64,000 bases of DNA. Origin: Candidatus Bathyarchaeia archaeon (GTDB lineage Archaea; Thermoproteota; Bathyarchaeia; Bathyarchaeales; Bathycorpusculaceae). How positions within the stretch are numbered: the first letter of the stretch is position 1; every line of letters begins with the position of its first letter. Positions 52,016-62,644 of the stretch are shown here, in pieces. A program made the position numbers and the translations under genes. The notes under the pieces are model-generated. The model did no database searches and was not told where the DNA came from. It saw only the letters and a list, made by a program, of their open reading frames with translations. The DNA lies in assembly GCA_037481775.1 (NCBI GenBank), contig JBBFKZ010000009.1:1-64000 (forward strand). Reading direction: 5' to 3'.

Positions 52016-52070
52016 CATCATATTTGGCGCATATTAGCAATTCAATGCAGAAACCTATAGAGGGGCTATC
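52016..52070. repeat. Dispersed 55-56 bp intergenic repeat, copy 2
   Basis: Identical to 7508-7563 apart from a 1-nt indel in the G run. Confidence 0.9.
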
Positions 52071-52101
52071 ACGGCAATAGCGCTATGCGTCAGCTAGAAC
52101 A

Positions 52102-52803
52102 TTACGATTTTATCATTATGAGAAGCATTTTGAATTTCGTCACAGCCGATAGCGAATGAGGCTCGTTAGCAGGCATTATGGTAAATTCGCCTTTCTTTAA
52201 TCGAACTGGTTTTCCAGATATGACTACCTCCGCTTCTCCTTCGAGAACGTAAACCATTGCATCATAAGGTGCCGTATGCTCGCTTAATCCTTCGCCTTGA
52301 TCAAAAGCGAAAAGGGTTATTGTTCCAGCTTTCTTATCAAGTATTGTTCGGCTTACCACGGAACCTAATTGGTAATCGATCAGTTCAGCTAAATTTACAG
52401 CTTGAGCTGCAAGCAACTCGGTTTTTTCCTTGCGCGGTATGAAATCCAGCGAAATGGAGTTTACACAGTGCCGAACATTCTTTTTTGTGAAACCTTCGCC
52501 AACAAAAACATGACCCAGATGCGCTCCGCAATTAGCGCAAATAATTTCCGTACGAACGCCGTCAGCGTCTGGAATCCGCTTCACGGCTCCGGGAATTTCA
52601 TCGTCGAAGCTGGGCCAGCCACAGCCCGGGTTAAATTTGTCTTCAGAACGGTAAAGCGGGGCGCCGCATCTTTTACAGACATATATGCCGTGTTCCCAAA
52701 AATCATTGTATTTGCCGGTGAAAGGTTCCTCTGTGCCTTTATGTATTATCACATCCTCTTCTTCCTTAGTTAACTTTCTATATTCCGCTTCTTTTTTCGC
52801 CAT
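52102..52803 (-). CDS. msrB: Methionine-R-sulfoxide reductase MsrB fused to a cupin domain
   Basis: GTE.PF.G, CKRC/CANC Zn ligands, GCGWPSF, HLGHVF, RHCVNS; then LSEHTAP..A.V.VLEG...PANEPH cupin. Confidence 0.88.
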   Translation of the reverse strand: MAKKEAEYRKLTKEEEDVIIHKGTEEPFTGKYNDFWEHGIYVCKRCGAPLYRSEDKFNPGCGWPSFDDEIPGAVKRIPDADGVRTEIICANCGAHLGHVFVGEGFTKKNVRHCVNSISLDFIPRKEKTELLAAQAVNLAELIDYQLGSVVSRTILDKKAGTITLFAFDQGEGLSEHTAPYDAMVYVLEGEAEVVISGKPVRLKKGEFTIMPANEPHSLSAVTKFKMLLIMIKS

Positions 52804-53009
52804 TTATCCCACACGCAGCCAATTTTTATTCGGTTACAAGATGGATAAATAACTTTGCAGAACACAGCACCCAAGGCACACGTGTAGACACGCTAAATTA
52901 CTTGTTCAGTCATTTTTGGGCGGTGAAACCGCAGATTTATATGCAGGAAACAGGCAGATTAGCTTGACTTAGCACTCAAATATGCGGCTTAGAAAAGGGA
53001 GAGAACATT

Positions 53010-53735
53010 ATGAAGCATGTAAAAATCACGGCGTTTGATTGCCCAGACGCTTGGTTTCAAGCGTTAAGCCGCATCTGGCATGAAGGAGACTCTTTCCAAG
53101 TTGGTTACGGTTCAGAGATAACAGAAACCAAAAAGCTCAATTTGACAATAGAAATTACACATCCAGAAAATAGGCCCTTGGTAAGTGATAAGGCGCCCTG
53201 CGACATCAGATATGTTCAAGGTTACGCCTTGGAATATTTGTGGTGTGGCGAGAAACAAGAAGATGAAACGTACACTTATGGTAGCAGACTCAACTATCCT
53301 GTCAACCAGATAGAAGAAGCAATAGAACGGTACGTGCAAGAGCAGCGGGATAGGCAAGTTACCCTTGTTATTCGATTGCCAGAGGACATAAAGAAAACGA
53401 TTGGCGCTAAAAGGCATGAACCGCCATGCTTAAGCCTAATCGACACTGAGATTCTGGAAGGAAAAATGCATCTAACATGCTATTTCAGATCATGGGATGC
53501 CTATGCGGGTTTACCAGCCAACATCGCGGGACTACAGCTTTTCAATGAAGCATTTGTGAAAGAAATCAACAGACGCGGAAACCTCACTTTGGAAACTGGA
53601 AAGCTGATTTTTCACTCAAAGAACTGCCACATATACCAACGTCAATTCAAGCTTGTAGAAGAGCTACTAAAGCCGAAAAACAGCGCCAAAACATCGCGAA
53701 TCGCAAAAACAATTAAGGAAGACAGCGACGAATAA
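53010..53735 (+). CDS. thyA: Archaeal-type thymidylate synthase homolog
   Basis: YTYGSR, PPCL catalytic Cys, FRSWD, GLPANI, HIY. Confidence 0.82.
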   Translation: MKHVKITAFDCPDAWFQALSRIWHEGDSFQVGYGSEITETKKLNLTIEITHPENRPLVSDKAPCDIRYVQGYALEYLWCGEKQEDETYTYGSRLNYPVNQIEEAIERYVQEQRDRQVTLVIRLPEDIKKTIGAKRHEPPCLSLIDTEILEGKMHLTCYFRSWDAYAGLPANIAGLQLFNEAFVKEINRRGNLTLETGKLIFHSKNCHIYQRQFKLVEELLKPKNSAKTSRIAKTIKEDSDE

Positions 53736-53747
53736 GGTGCACTCGGC

Positions 53748-54077
53748 TTGAGCGACTTGGTCAGAATTAGAAAATGGGAAGAATTTAAACGACTAGTCAT
53801 AGAGCTGAAACCTCCTTCGCTTGTCTATAGCATCGATCAAAACGCCATGTCAAAGACAAAGGAAACCACGGCATTGCGGCTGATTCTCCTCGCCCGAGGC
53901 GGCTACCACGTTTACATAGATTTCCCCAAAGAAGGAGAAAACAGATTGAGAGAAACGGGAATCCCAATACGCCAAGACAAAAATGGAAACCGCTACCTAG
54001 AAGATGAGGACATAATACACTTTATAAAGCAACAGTTTGGCGAGAACCTGCAAATTTTCTCGTTCTGGACAACCTAA
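53748..54077 (+). CDS. Hypothetical protein co-oriented with thyA
   Basis: ORF track; AGGTG SD + TTG start 12 nt after the thyA stop. Confidence 0.7.
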   Translation: MSDLVRIRKWEEFKRLVIELKPPSLVYSIDQNAMSKTKETTALRLILLARGGYHVYIDFPKEGENRLRETGIPIRQDKNGNRYLEDEDIIHFIKQQFGENLQIFSFWTT

Positions 54078-54222
54078 TATAGAAAGCCGCCTTTAGCCTT
54101 CCAGCCACCGCGGGTGTGCAGATTAATTTGTCTCAGAAACAAAAGCGCCTTAAAACATAGAGTTACCAGCGAAAACCGATGCGCGCATATAGCTGTTAAA
54201 AAAAAATAAAGGGTGAGCCCTC

Positions 54223-55875
54223 TTAGTAGGGGGGCATTCCGCCCATGCCGCCTGGAGGCATTCCTGATGGTGCAGGAGCGCCCTTTTCTTCGCCTTTGAC
54301 AGATATCAGATCATCGATCTTCAGTATCATATTTGCTGCTTCAGTTGCCGACTTGATGACCTGCTGCTTCACCCGAAGTGGTTCGAGAACTTGGAGGTCA
54401 AGCATATTCTTGATTTTTCCTGTGGTTACCTCGATGCCGAGATATTTGTTGTCTGGTTTTTCGTGCTCTGCTCTTAAAGCCACCATCGTATCGATTGGGT
54501 CTAATCCAGCGTTTTCAGCCAGCGTTAACGGGATAGCTTCGGCAGCATCTGCGAAGGCTTCTATGGCTAACTGCTCACGACCACCTACTTTGGGCGCATA
54601 CTTCCTCAGTTGCTTGGCGATTTCTGCTTCTGGAGCGCCGCCGCCTGCAACGATTTTCCCGTCCTCAATAGAATTTCTGACAACACACAAGGCGTCATGC
54701 AGCGAACGCTCAGCCTCATCCACAACATGCGGTGAAGCGCCGCGGATGACTATGGTCACTGCCTTTGGGTTTTTGCATTCTCGCACGTAAATTAGCTTGT
54801 CGTCGCCGATTTTGGCTTCTTCTACTCTCTTAGCTTTTCCAAGCGCTTCCGCAGTCAAATCTTTGATGCTTGATAGTATTTTGCCGCCAGTAGCTTTCGC
54901 TAATTTCTCCATGTCGCTGCTGCTTACACTTTTGACTGCAAGTATACCATTTTTCGCCAAAAAGTGCAACGCTAAATCATCAATTCCTTTCTCGCAGAAA
55001 ACCACGTTAGCGCCCGACTTTGCTATCGTGGTGACCATTTCTTTAATCATGCGTTCCTCTTCATCCAAAAACTGCTTCATCTGATCTGGGCTTTCAATAT
55101 TGATTTTCGCGTCGAACTCTGTTTTCTCGATCTCCAGTTTCTCATTAAGTAACGCGATTTTTGCGTTTTCAACTATCTTGGGCATCTGTGAGCTGGCAAC
55201 TTCTTTGTCGATAACTATGCCTTTAACGAGCTCTGTTTCCTCCAAGCTTTTTCCATGCTTCTTGACGATTTTGATTAGATCAATGTCCGCTTTATATTTG
55301 CCGTCAACTTCTTCAGCCACTTGTTTAACTGCATCAACAATTATTTTGGCAAAATGCTCAACAGCTACGTTGACAGCTTTACTGGACAAAGAGGTAGCGG
55401 CAACTTGCCGTAGCGTCTTCTCGTCGTCTATTTTTATTGGGATAGCGATTTTTTCCAAGACTTCTTGAGCTTTTTCGCTGGCTTTCTTAAAGCCGTCGAT
55501 AATCACGATAGGATGCACATTTTTATTCAGTAGTTCTTCTGCCTTGGCGAGTAACTCGCCAGCTAAGATCACCGCGGTTGTGGTTCCGTCACCAACTTCG
55601 TTATCCTGCGCCTTAGCAACTTCCACAAGCATTTTCGCCGCCGGATGCTGCACATCAAGCTCCTTCATTATGGTTGCGCCGTCATTTGTTATGGTTACGT
55701 CGCCGAAGCTTGTGACCAGCATCTTATCCATGCCACATGGACCCAATGAAGTTTTAACGGCTTCGGCTACTATCTTCGCAGCCATTATATTGTTCTTTTG
55801 TGCTTCACGCCCAGTGGTTCTGCCTGTGCCTTCTTTCAACACTATAACTGGAACTGTTCCTCCACCTACAGCCAT
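54223..55875 (-). CDS. Thermosome (group II chaperonin) subunit, second paralog
   Basis: [29 protein letters not shown] tail; T-rich terminator near 54198-54213. Confidence 0.97.
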   Translation of the reverse strand: MAVGGGTVPVIVLKEGTGRTTGREAQKNNIMAAKIVAEAVKTSLGPCGMDKMLVTSFGDVTITNDGATIMKELDVQHPAAKMLVEVAKAQDNEVGDGTTTAVILAGELLAKAEELLNKNVHPIVIIDGFKKASEKAQEVLEKIAIPIKIDDEKTLRQVAATSLSSKAVNVAVEHFAKIIVDAVKQVAEEVDGKYKADIDLIKIVKKHGKSLEETELVKGIVIDKEVASSQMPKIVENAKIALLNEKLEIEKTEFDAKINIESPDQMKQFLDEEERMIKEMVTTIAKSGANVVFCEKGIDDLALHFLAKNGILAVKSVSSSDMEKLAKATGGKILSSIKDLTAEALGKAKRVEEAKIGDDKLIYVRECKNPKAVTIVIRGASPHVVDEAERSLHDALCVVRNSIEDGKIVAGGGAPEAEIAKQLRKYAPKVGGREQLAIEAFADAAEAIPLTLAENAGLDPIDTMVALRAEHEKPDNKYLGIEVTTGKIKNMLDLQVLEPLRVKQQVIKSATEAANMILKIDDLISVKGEEKGAPAPSGMPPGGMGGMPPY

Positions 55876-55962
55876 TTCTTTTCACATCTTTTCCTTATTT
55901 AACGCGCAATGCATCGAATTATAAACGCAACACTTAACCCATTGATATAAGTGTTTCTTACT

Positions 55963-57024
55963 TTATGATACCTTGATGATGTTGTAACCAGAGGCTTTGC
56001 GCAGTCTGTTCATGACAGCTAAACCTAACCCCTCTGTTGGCACACCCTCAGCGATTATTATTCCCACATCTTCCTCATCGAATTCTCTTAACAGGCTGAA
56101 CAGGTTCTGGGCTATAGCTTCCAGGTTGAAGCGGCTGCCAAGAGACTTAACAACATCAGCCTCGTAGTTCGCTATGGTCTCATCAGTAGCTAAGATACCT
56201 ACTTTGACGCCTTTAAGCTTGTAAGAATCCGTCAACTCTGTTATTTTGGCAATAACCCTTGGAATTGCACCTTCCACGACAACCATCCTAGCTTTTGGCG
56301 CATAATGCCGGTGCCTCATCCCAGGCGACCGCGCCTTTTCGACGGGCAAATCTTTCTCAGCTACCACAACAGGGTGAAGCTGCACATCTCCAAGAACTTT
56401 TCTCAAAGCTTCAAAGGATGTCCCGCCAGGACGAAGAACTTGGGGAGGATCAACGCTTAAGTCTAAGACTGTGGATTCCACGCCTATGCGTGTGGAGCCG
56501 CCATCCAGAATCGCGTCAATTCGCCCATTGAGATCAGCGAAAACGTGCTTAGCCGAGGTGGGGCTGGGTTTTCCCGCAAGATTTGCGCTTGGCGCAGCAA
56601 TAGGGCAACAGCTTTCCTTAATCAGCGCTAAGGCAACAGCGTGTTGCGGCATTCTAATCGCGATTGTTTCTAAACCGGCAACGGTCACGTCAGGAACATG
56701 CATTGAACGCTTAAAAATCAAGGTTAACGGGCCAGGCCAAAACTCCTGCATCAGAAGCCCAGCCTTCGGCGGAACATGCTTGGTTAGTTCATAAACGGTA
56801 CTTATGTTCGCAACGTGGACAATGGGCGGGTTATCTAAAGGTCGATTTTTTGCCTTAAACAACGCTAAAACGGCATCGGGATTCAATGCATCCGCGCCTA
56901 AACCGTACACGGTCTCCGTAGGAAACGCTACTAAACCGCCTTTTCTGATAATGTCTGCTGCGGCTTGAACTTTTTTGATGCTTGGTTTCTGAGGGTTAAC
57001 CCTTAACACAAGAGTCTGTTTCAT
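55963..57024 (-). CDS. sua5: L-threonylcarbamoyladenylate synthase (Sua5 with C-terminal domain)
   Basis: FPTETVYGL, K.RP.DNP.IVH, FWPGPLT, APSAN.G, PGMRHRHYAP. Confidence 0.96.
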   Translation of the reverse strand: MKQTLVLRVNPQKPSIKKVQAAADIIRKGGLVAFPTETVYGLGADALNPDAVLALFKAKNRPLDNPPIVHVANISTVYELTKHVPPKAGLLMQEFWPGPLTLIFKRSMHVPDVTVAGLETIAIRMPQHAVALALIKESCCPIAAPSANLAGKPSPTSAKHVFADLNGRIDAILDGGSTRIGVESTVLDLSVDPPQVLRPGGTSFEALRKVLGDVQLHPVVVAEKDLPVEKARSPGMRHRHYAPKARMVVVEGAIPRVIAKITELTDSYKLKGVKVGILATDETIANYEADVVKSLGSRFNLEAIAQNLFSLLREFDEEDVGIIIAEGVPTEGLGLAVMNRLRKASGYNIIKVS

Positions 57025-57104
57025 TCAATAGTACCCTGCCATTAACACGTAAATGCTTGCGTAGGAAGCAACTTGCCAAGCGCTTGCTTGAGCAAGCTGT
57101 TCTG

Positions 57105-57593
57105 TCAAACAATATAGGAATCTATAACTTTTTTCATGCTTTTGGGGATGTCCTGTGCGGCTGCGAAGCTTTTCAGGAGTTTCATTAAAGCTGGCTGACA
57201 GCGGGTAATGTCTGTTAAGCTGACTAAGCCTAAAAGACGGCTTTTATAAATTACAGGTAGCTTTTTTATTTTTTTCTGGAACATCAATTGCACAGCTTCT
57301 TCTAAACTTGTGTCAGGAGAAACAACAATCAGCGGTTTAGACATGATTTCTTTAACTTTCGTTTCTTTTGCGTTTTTACCTTCAACAATTATGCGTTTCA
57401 GCAGGTCTCTTTCGGTAATTATGCCTACAGCTTTTCTCTTTCTGACCGCGATTATGCAGCTTATCTCATTTTGGTTCATAACGTCCGCAGCCTCTTTAAC
57501 TGAGGCATCTTCATCTATAGTGATGACACCTGCAGTCATCACGTCCTCCACACGCAGTGAAACCGTTCCTTTGCTCGTGCTTTCCTGCGGCAT
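57105..57593 (-). CDS. CBS-pair protein
   Basis: VEDVMT, GIITERD, VKEIMSKP, IKKLPV. Confidence 0.88.
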   Translation of the reverse strand: MPQESTSKGTVSLRVEDVMTAGVITIDEDASVKEAADVMNQNEISCIIAVRKRKAVGIITERDLLKRIIVEGKNAKETKVKEIMSKPLIVVSPDTSLEEAVQLMFQKKIKKLPVIYKSRLLGLVSLTDITRCQPALMKLLKSFAAAQDIPKSMKKVIDSYIV

Positions 57594-57714
57594 CAAAACC
57601 CCACGATATTTAAACTCTTAATGCTGGTATATAAAAACTAACCAACTTGCACAATACGGACGGCACTCTGCCCTTTATATTTCTGACACTTTAAGAGTTT
57701 AAATTAAACAAAAC

Positions 57715-58101
57715 CTATGTTGATATTGCTTCTTTTTCACTTTCCGCCCGCATGACCTTCTCCAACAATTTCATGAAAAATGCTTGCGCCTGTGTTTCAC
57801 TTAGCTTCTCCAAATACACGGAAACTAGGGCGATTTTTTCCTTCTTAGCGGCAACGTATTCAGCGAACATGCGTGCTGAAACTGCGTGCTTGTCGCCTAA
57901 AAGCACCGATGACGTGGCTGGCCCAAGCAAGTCTTTAGGTTTTGGAACTGCTACCGCGAGGGTTCCCATTCTGTCTTCTTTTTCGCTCAACATTATTAGA
58001 CAAGAGTTTTTGGCTTCAACGTAAACCGCAAGGAAACGCGTGTCTCGCTCTATTAATTCTTCTTTTATTACCTTGGCGCGCTCCATTGTCCCGTTCTCCA
58101 T
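57715..58101 (-). CDS. Proteasome assembly chaperone 4 (PAC4/PSMG4)-like protein
   Basis: NSCLIMLS...MGTLAVAVP...SSVLLGD...SARMFAEYVAAKKEKIALVSVYL resembles the PAC4 pattern recalled from memory. Confidence 0.6.
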   Translation of the reverse strand: MENGTMERAKVIKEELIERDTRFLAVYVEAKNSCLIMLSEKEDRMGTLAVAVPKPKDLLGPATSSVLLGDKHAVSARMFAEYVAAKKEKIALVSVYLEKLSETQAQAFFMKLLEKVMRAESEKEAIST

Positions 58102-58160
58102 TGACTATTTATAGTTTAATGAGGTTCACTATTTAGCATTTTCAATAATGAGGCAGGATA

Positions 58161-58832
58161 ATGGAAGAAAAACGCGCTGATGCTGTCTTGCGGATACTGC
58201 AACAAACCTTTACAATGCCAACATGGGCTGGCACGCATCGTAACCCATTTGAAACGTTGATTGTGACGATTATATCGCAGAACACTGCTGACAGGAACAC
58301 TGCAAGAGCTTTCGAACGGCTCTCGAAGCGTTTCGAAATAAAACCAGAAGCACTGGCGAAGGCGGAAAACAGTCATATTGAAGAAGCCTTACGCGTGGCT
58401 GGCCTCTACAGGAACAAGGCCAAAACAATAAAAACTGTTTCAATGATAATCGCGGAGAAATTTCACGGTTCAATGCAGACCATATTGTCGCAGCCTCTGG
58501 ATAAGGCAAGAAAAACTCTCATGGCGCTGCCAGGAGTAGGACCGAAAACAGCCGATGTCATATTGCTTTTTTCGGCAAGGCAGCCCACTATTCCCGTGGA
58601 TACGCATGTTAATCGCGTGGCAAAACGGTTAGGCTTTGCACCAGCAAAAGGTGACTACGAGACCGTGCGCATGTCGCTCCAATCGCTTTATAATCCACGT
58701 GACTATTTGGCTGTTCATGTACTGCTGATTGCGCATGGCCGGCGGTATTGCAAAGCTAAACGGCCACTATGCAAGCAATGCCCTGTAAGCATGCATTGCC
58801 CTTCAAGAGGATTATGGGATAAGAATGATTAA
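58161..58832 (+). CDS. nth: Endonuclease III
   Basis: NPFE.LI.TIISQ, LPGVGPKTA HhH, VDTHV, C-x6-C-x2-C-x5-C Fe-S motif. Confidence 0.95.
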   Translation: MEEKRADAVLRILQQTFTMPTWAGTHRNPFETLIVTIISQNTADRNTARAFERLSKRFEIKPEALAKAENSHIEEALRVAGLYRNKAKTIKTVSMIIAEKFHGSMQTILSQPLDKARKTLMALPGVGPKTADVILLFSARQPTIPVDTHVNRVAKRLGFAPAKGDYETVRMSLQSLYNPRDYLAVHVLLIAHGRRYCKAKRPLCKQCPVSMHCPSRGLWDKND

Positions 58833-60753
58833 ACTGCCTGAAGCAGCCCAAGAGTACTTCCCTTACACAAGCGTGCGCCCTCACCAAGACCAGTTCATAA
58901 AAACTGTTTATGACGCTGTTAAAGCGCAACGCTCAATTCTCATCGAAGGAAGCAACGGCCTAGGCAAAACCATATCAGCGCTTTCAGCTTGCCTCCCAAT
59001 AGCAGTTGAAAAAGATCTAAAGATATTATATGTGGCGAGGACTCACCGACAGCATGAGCGAGTAATAGAAGAATTAAGAGCGGTGTGCAAGAAGCATGCG
59101 GTTTCAGGGGTGTCTCTTCGTGGGCGCAATCAGATGTGCCTTAACACTTTTGCAGCAAAAAGCGCTTCTGACGCAAGATCGCTCATGGAAGTTTGTGAGC
59201 TTCTAAAAGCAAAAGGTAGATGTGCATATCATAGAGCTCCAGAAGAGCAAACCTACGAGTATCTTCAACTTCAGAATCAGTTAACCACGCGCCCTTACAA
59301 GGCATCTGAAATACAAAGAGTATGCCGAAAAAAGAGAATATGCTCCTACGAACTCGTCAAAGCATCCTTGCCAGACGTAGCCGTTATTGCTCTAAGCTAC
59401 CTTTATGTTTTCGACCCCGTGATTCGCACAGCATTCTTCAAAAATCTTGATTCACAACTTCAGAAAACCATCTTAATTGTGGATGAGGCACATAATTTGC
59501 CTGAAACAGCCATCGACATAGCAAGCAGTAGTCTATCCCTTTTCGTTTTGAAGCAAGCGGAGCTTGAAGCAGCGAAGTATGAAAATAGAGATGTTGCGGC
59601 TTTCGTGAATTTTTTCAGAAAAGAAATCGAGAAAATGACAGAGAAAATTAGACATGAGGAAATAATCTCGCCTGAAGCGCTAATAGAAATTATACAAAAG
59701 GAAGGAAGCATTTCTAATCCGCGGGACTTCTTTGAGCATATGCATGAGGTGGGCAGCGCCGTCAGACGAAGCTTGCTCGCTGAAGGAAAAAATCCGCGCT
59801 CTTACATCCACGGAGTGAGCGAGTTTCTACTACGGTGGCTTGAAACTCTAGGCGACGACTCCTATATCAATGTGGCAAGCAGATACACCACCAGAGAAAA
59901 CGTGAAAACCGCTAAGCTGGAGATAGTTGCCTTAGATCCATCCAAAGTTACTGCGCCAGTTTTCTCATCCACCTACGCCAATGTCATTATGTCCGGCACT
60001 CTTCAGCCCCTACAAGCCTACGCGAAAATGACAAAGCTTCCAGAAGACACTGTGCAGTGCGTTTTGCCCTCACCATTTCCTAAAGAGCACGTGCTCTCGA
60101 TTGTTTGTCTCGGCGTAACCACAGCTATGGAAAAAAGAACAAGCGACATGTACCAAATAATCATAAAGAGAATAACTGAAGTAGTGCAGAACACACCGGC
60201 AAACACGGGAATTTTCGCCGCTTCATTCGATGTTCTAAACGCCCTTATTGCCGAAGGGTTAGAAAAAGCGTTGAACAAACCGCTTTTGTATGAACGCAGA
60301 GGAATGAGCTCTAAAGCTAACGAAAAAATGGTAGCCGACTTCAAAGCCTACAGCAAGAGCGGCGGCGCGGTATTCCTCGGCGTTCAAGGCGGACGCACTT
60401 CAGAAGGCGTGGATTTCCCAGGCAACCAAATGAATTCTGTAATAATTGTAGGTGTTCCATACGCAGAGCCCACACCAAGAGTTAAAGCCCAAATAGATTA
60501 TTACGAAAAATGTTTTCCCAAACTAGGCAGAGAATATGGTTACGTTCTTCCCGCGATGAAAAAAGCCGCTCAAGCTGCTGGAAGGCCCATAAGAACACTG
60601 GAGGACCGAGGAGCCATAGTTTTCCTAGACTACCGTTTCGCTACTAACTATTGCCGCAGTTTTCTGCCTTCATGGATAAACAATGTATTGAAAATTTTAC
60701 CGTGCAAGGATGAAGTTCTAGCGAGGGAAATTCGCGAGTTCTTCAAACTTTAG
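58825..60753 (+). CDS. xpd: XPD/Rad3-like Fe-S DNA helicase
   Basis: RPHQ Q-motif, GSNGLGKT, four Fe-S Cys, DEAHN, SGTL, SEGVDF, QAAGRPIR. Confidence 0.9.
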   Translation: MIKLPEAAQEYFPYTSVRPHQDQFIKTVYDAVKAQRSILIEGSNGLGKTISALSACLPIAVEKDLKILYVARTHRQHERVIEELRAVCKKHAVSGVSLRGRNQMCLNTFAAKSASDARSLMEVCELLKAKGRCAYHRAPEEQTYEYLQLQNQLTTRPYKASEIQRVCRKKRICSYELVKASLPDVAVIALSYLYVFDPVIRTAFFKNLDSQLQKTILIVDEAHNLPETAIDIASSSLSLFVLKQAELEAAKYENRDVAAFVNFFRKEIEKMTEKIRHEEIISPEALIEIIQKEGSISNPRDFFEHMHEVGSAVRRSLLAEGKNPRSYIHGVSEFLLRWLETLGDDSYINVASRYTTRENVKTAKLEIVALDPSKVTAPVFSSTYANVIMSGTLQPLQAYAKMTKLPEDTVQCVLPSPFPKEHVLSIVCLGVTTAMEKRTSDMYQIIIKRITEVVQNTPANTGIFAASFDVLNALIAEGLEKALNKPLLYERRGMSSKANEKMVADFKAYSKSGGAVFLGVQGGRTSEGVDFPGNQMNSVIIVGVPYAEPTPRVKAQIDYYEKCFPKLGREYGYVLPAMKKAAQAAGRPIRTLEDRGAIVFLDYRFATNYCRSFLPSWINNVLKILPCKDEVLAREIREFFKL

Positions 60754-61864
60754 CTTGCGGCGCCGCCGTGTTACTCTCATTAAGGTGCGCCTCCTTGAAA
60801 CTTTCATTCAGTTTCACTTTGCCGAAAGCAACGATTGAGGGAGTTGCCGAAACCGATGTGAGAACCTTTAAGGTTTTTCGCTTGTGATCAAATTCGTGCA
60901 GAATGCCGAGGCCTAAGAATTTACGCTGAGCGCTATATAACCCTAATAGCAAGCCTCTTTCCGCATCCTGCTTGCTTTGCAAAGCAGCTTTTTCTTCAAG
61001 CTTCAGCTGACTTAACGGCAACGACTTAACTTTTGCGCCTGCTAAATACTTCGCGTAGCTCATCTCCCGCAAGAGCCTGCGTTTCTCTGGGCTTCGTTGC
61101 TTAACAGCAGAAGAAGACTCCACCACGATTTTCTTGAAGGTCGTAGCTTCAATCAAGGGGACCAGTTCATTTTTCTGCTGAATACAGAAAATAATATCTG
61201 GCTCAAGCTTCTTAGCCAACTGCACCTTGTACTGCGCGGCATTTTCGCCTTCAACCCAGCCGTCAGTATTAATTATTACAAAATCAACCGTTCTGCTGAT
61301 AATTTCTGATTTCATTAAGGCTAAGCCTTCAATCATTTTGTCCACTGCTTCGTTTGGAGATGTTACGCCCACAAAAAACGCGTTTTCCGCCTTCAGCTCG
61401 TACAGCTCTATTAAAGGCTTAGTTACACATGCATAAGCAACGGTGCAAGGCGGGCCTACGTCAGATTGCCCTAGGTCGCCGTCTAAAATTGCAGTCTTCT
61501 GTTTGGTGTTTACCAAATTATTTACAAGATACGTGCAGAAACTGGTTTTCCCAGAGTCAGCCTTACCCATAACCATAGCTACTACAGGCTTTTTGGGAAA
61601 GCCCATAAGCACTTTAACAGCGTCTGCCCATGAAGCGGGAACAGTGTTGCCATCAACTTCTTTGATGCTTGCATTTTCGCCTAATGAAATGTCAAAGACA
61701 GCCTTTTCTGTAACAAAGAAGGGCAGATGTTTTCCGTCTCGAATTACAACTCTGCGGTTATCCTTAACCTGGAAACCTAATACTTCTGCTTTCCCAGAAA
61801 CAAGCAACACTGCAGCTGGACCTGCAGCTAACAGAGTCTTACCTCGTTCAACTGTTTGCTCCAA
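60743..61864 (-). CDS. Clp1/Grc3 family polynucleotide 5'-kinase
   Basis: GKADSGKTS, DGDLGQ, INTDGW, RRLLRE lid; SD GGAGGA + TTG 61864. Confidence 0.88.
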   Translation of the reverse strand: MEQTVERGKTLLAAGPAAVLLVSGKAEVLGFQVKDNRRVVIRDGKHLPFFVTEKAVFDISLGENASIKEVDGNTVPASWADAVKVLMGFPKKPVVAMVMGKADSGKTSFCTYLVNNLVNTKQKTAILDGDLGQSDVGPPCTVAYACVTKPLIELYELKAENAFFVGVTSPNEAVDKMIEGLALMKSEIISRTVDFVIINTDGWVEGENAAQYKVQLAKKLEPDIIFCIQQKNELVPLIEATTFKKIVVESSSAVKQRSPEKRRLLREMSYAKYLAGAKVKSLPLSQLKLEEKAALQSKQDAERGLLLGLYSAQRKFLGLGILHEFDHKRKTLKVLTSVSATPSIVAFGKVKLNESFKEAHLNESNTAAPQAKV

Positions 61865-62495
61865 TATTTTTCCTCCTTGGGTAAACATGTCCTGTCCTTC
61901 CAGCTATGCGTATGGCGGAAGCTATATCTTTAATGCATCGTCTATGCACATCTTCCTTGGAAGAGCGGGTTGTTCCAGCCTCGCTAACCACTTCCAAGAC
62001 TGCTTCAAGCGGCAAGGCTGCGTCTAAAAGTTCTAAGAGCTCTTTGTATGCGGGCATGCCGCTGCCGATTTTTATGGTTACTTCGGTTGAGGATAAATCA
62101 ACGGCTTTTATGATGCCCTTAATTTTGGTCGTTACTTCATATGGGCTAAAGCAATTTTCTGTTTCGTTAACTTTTCCATCAGCTATAACTGCTACGCCGA
62201 AAACCTCGCCGGGATCTACGCCTACGACTATTTTCTCGTAGGTTTCTTTACCTTGAAGAATTTTCTTTACTTCATCTGCCATTATATCTGGCTCAGTCTC
62301 AGCGTCGTAAACCAACACTTTTCGATGGTTGATGCGGTGTTTTTCGTTCGCTGTGGTTAAAACCACTGAAACTTCCGCGGGCACTGCTTCGCCTGGAACC
62401 AAACTTATGAAGGGAATATTCTTTTCTTTCAACTTGTTCACTATAAAGAAGTAAGCTTTCCCCGAAACTGTAGCAACCGCAACCTTTGCTCTCAT
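61848..62495 (-). CDS. Conserved archaeal protein with an RNase H-like (YqgF-type) domain
   Basis: VVGVDPGEVFGVAV, KIGSG, VSEAGTT, DIASAIRIA. Confidence 0.7.
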   Translation of the reverse strand: MRAKVAVATVSGKAYFFIVNKLKEKNIPFISLVPGEAVPAEVSVVLTTANEKHRINHRKVLVYDAETEPDIMADEVKKILQGKETYEKIVVGVDPGEVFGVAVIADGKVNETENCFSPYEVTTKIKGIIKAVDLSSTEVTIKIGSGMPAYKELLELLDAALPLEAVLEVVSEAGTTRSSKEDVHRRCIKDIASAIRIAGRTGHVYPRRKNIGANS

Positions 62496-62644
62496 ATGAA
62501 CTTCCTATTTTTTGTGCAATACCAAACGTGGAAATGGCACTTGCATACCCTAGCTTTTTAGCATATTTAATTTTGTCTTTCCGATCTATATGTCTCTTTT
62601 TGTGGCTTCAGCGAGCAGGGACATTTCTGTGCATACTTTGTTTT

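Noticed and set aside
51909-52040. N-terminal extension MLICAKYDG of the ORF-track 51537..52040 (and ORF 7359..7625)
   Set aside because: The shared peptide arises from reading through the non-coding repeat; the likely start is ATG 51908.
57082-57097. Palindrome GCTTGCT-TG-AGCAAGC between the CBS gene and sua5
   Set aside because: Single short occurrence with no second copy or associated regulator; could be chance or a minor terminator.
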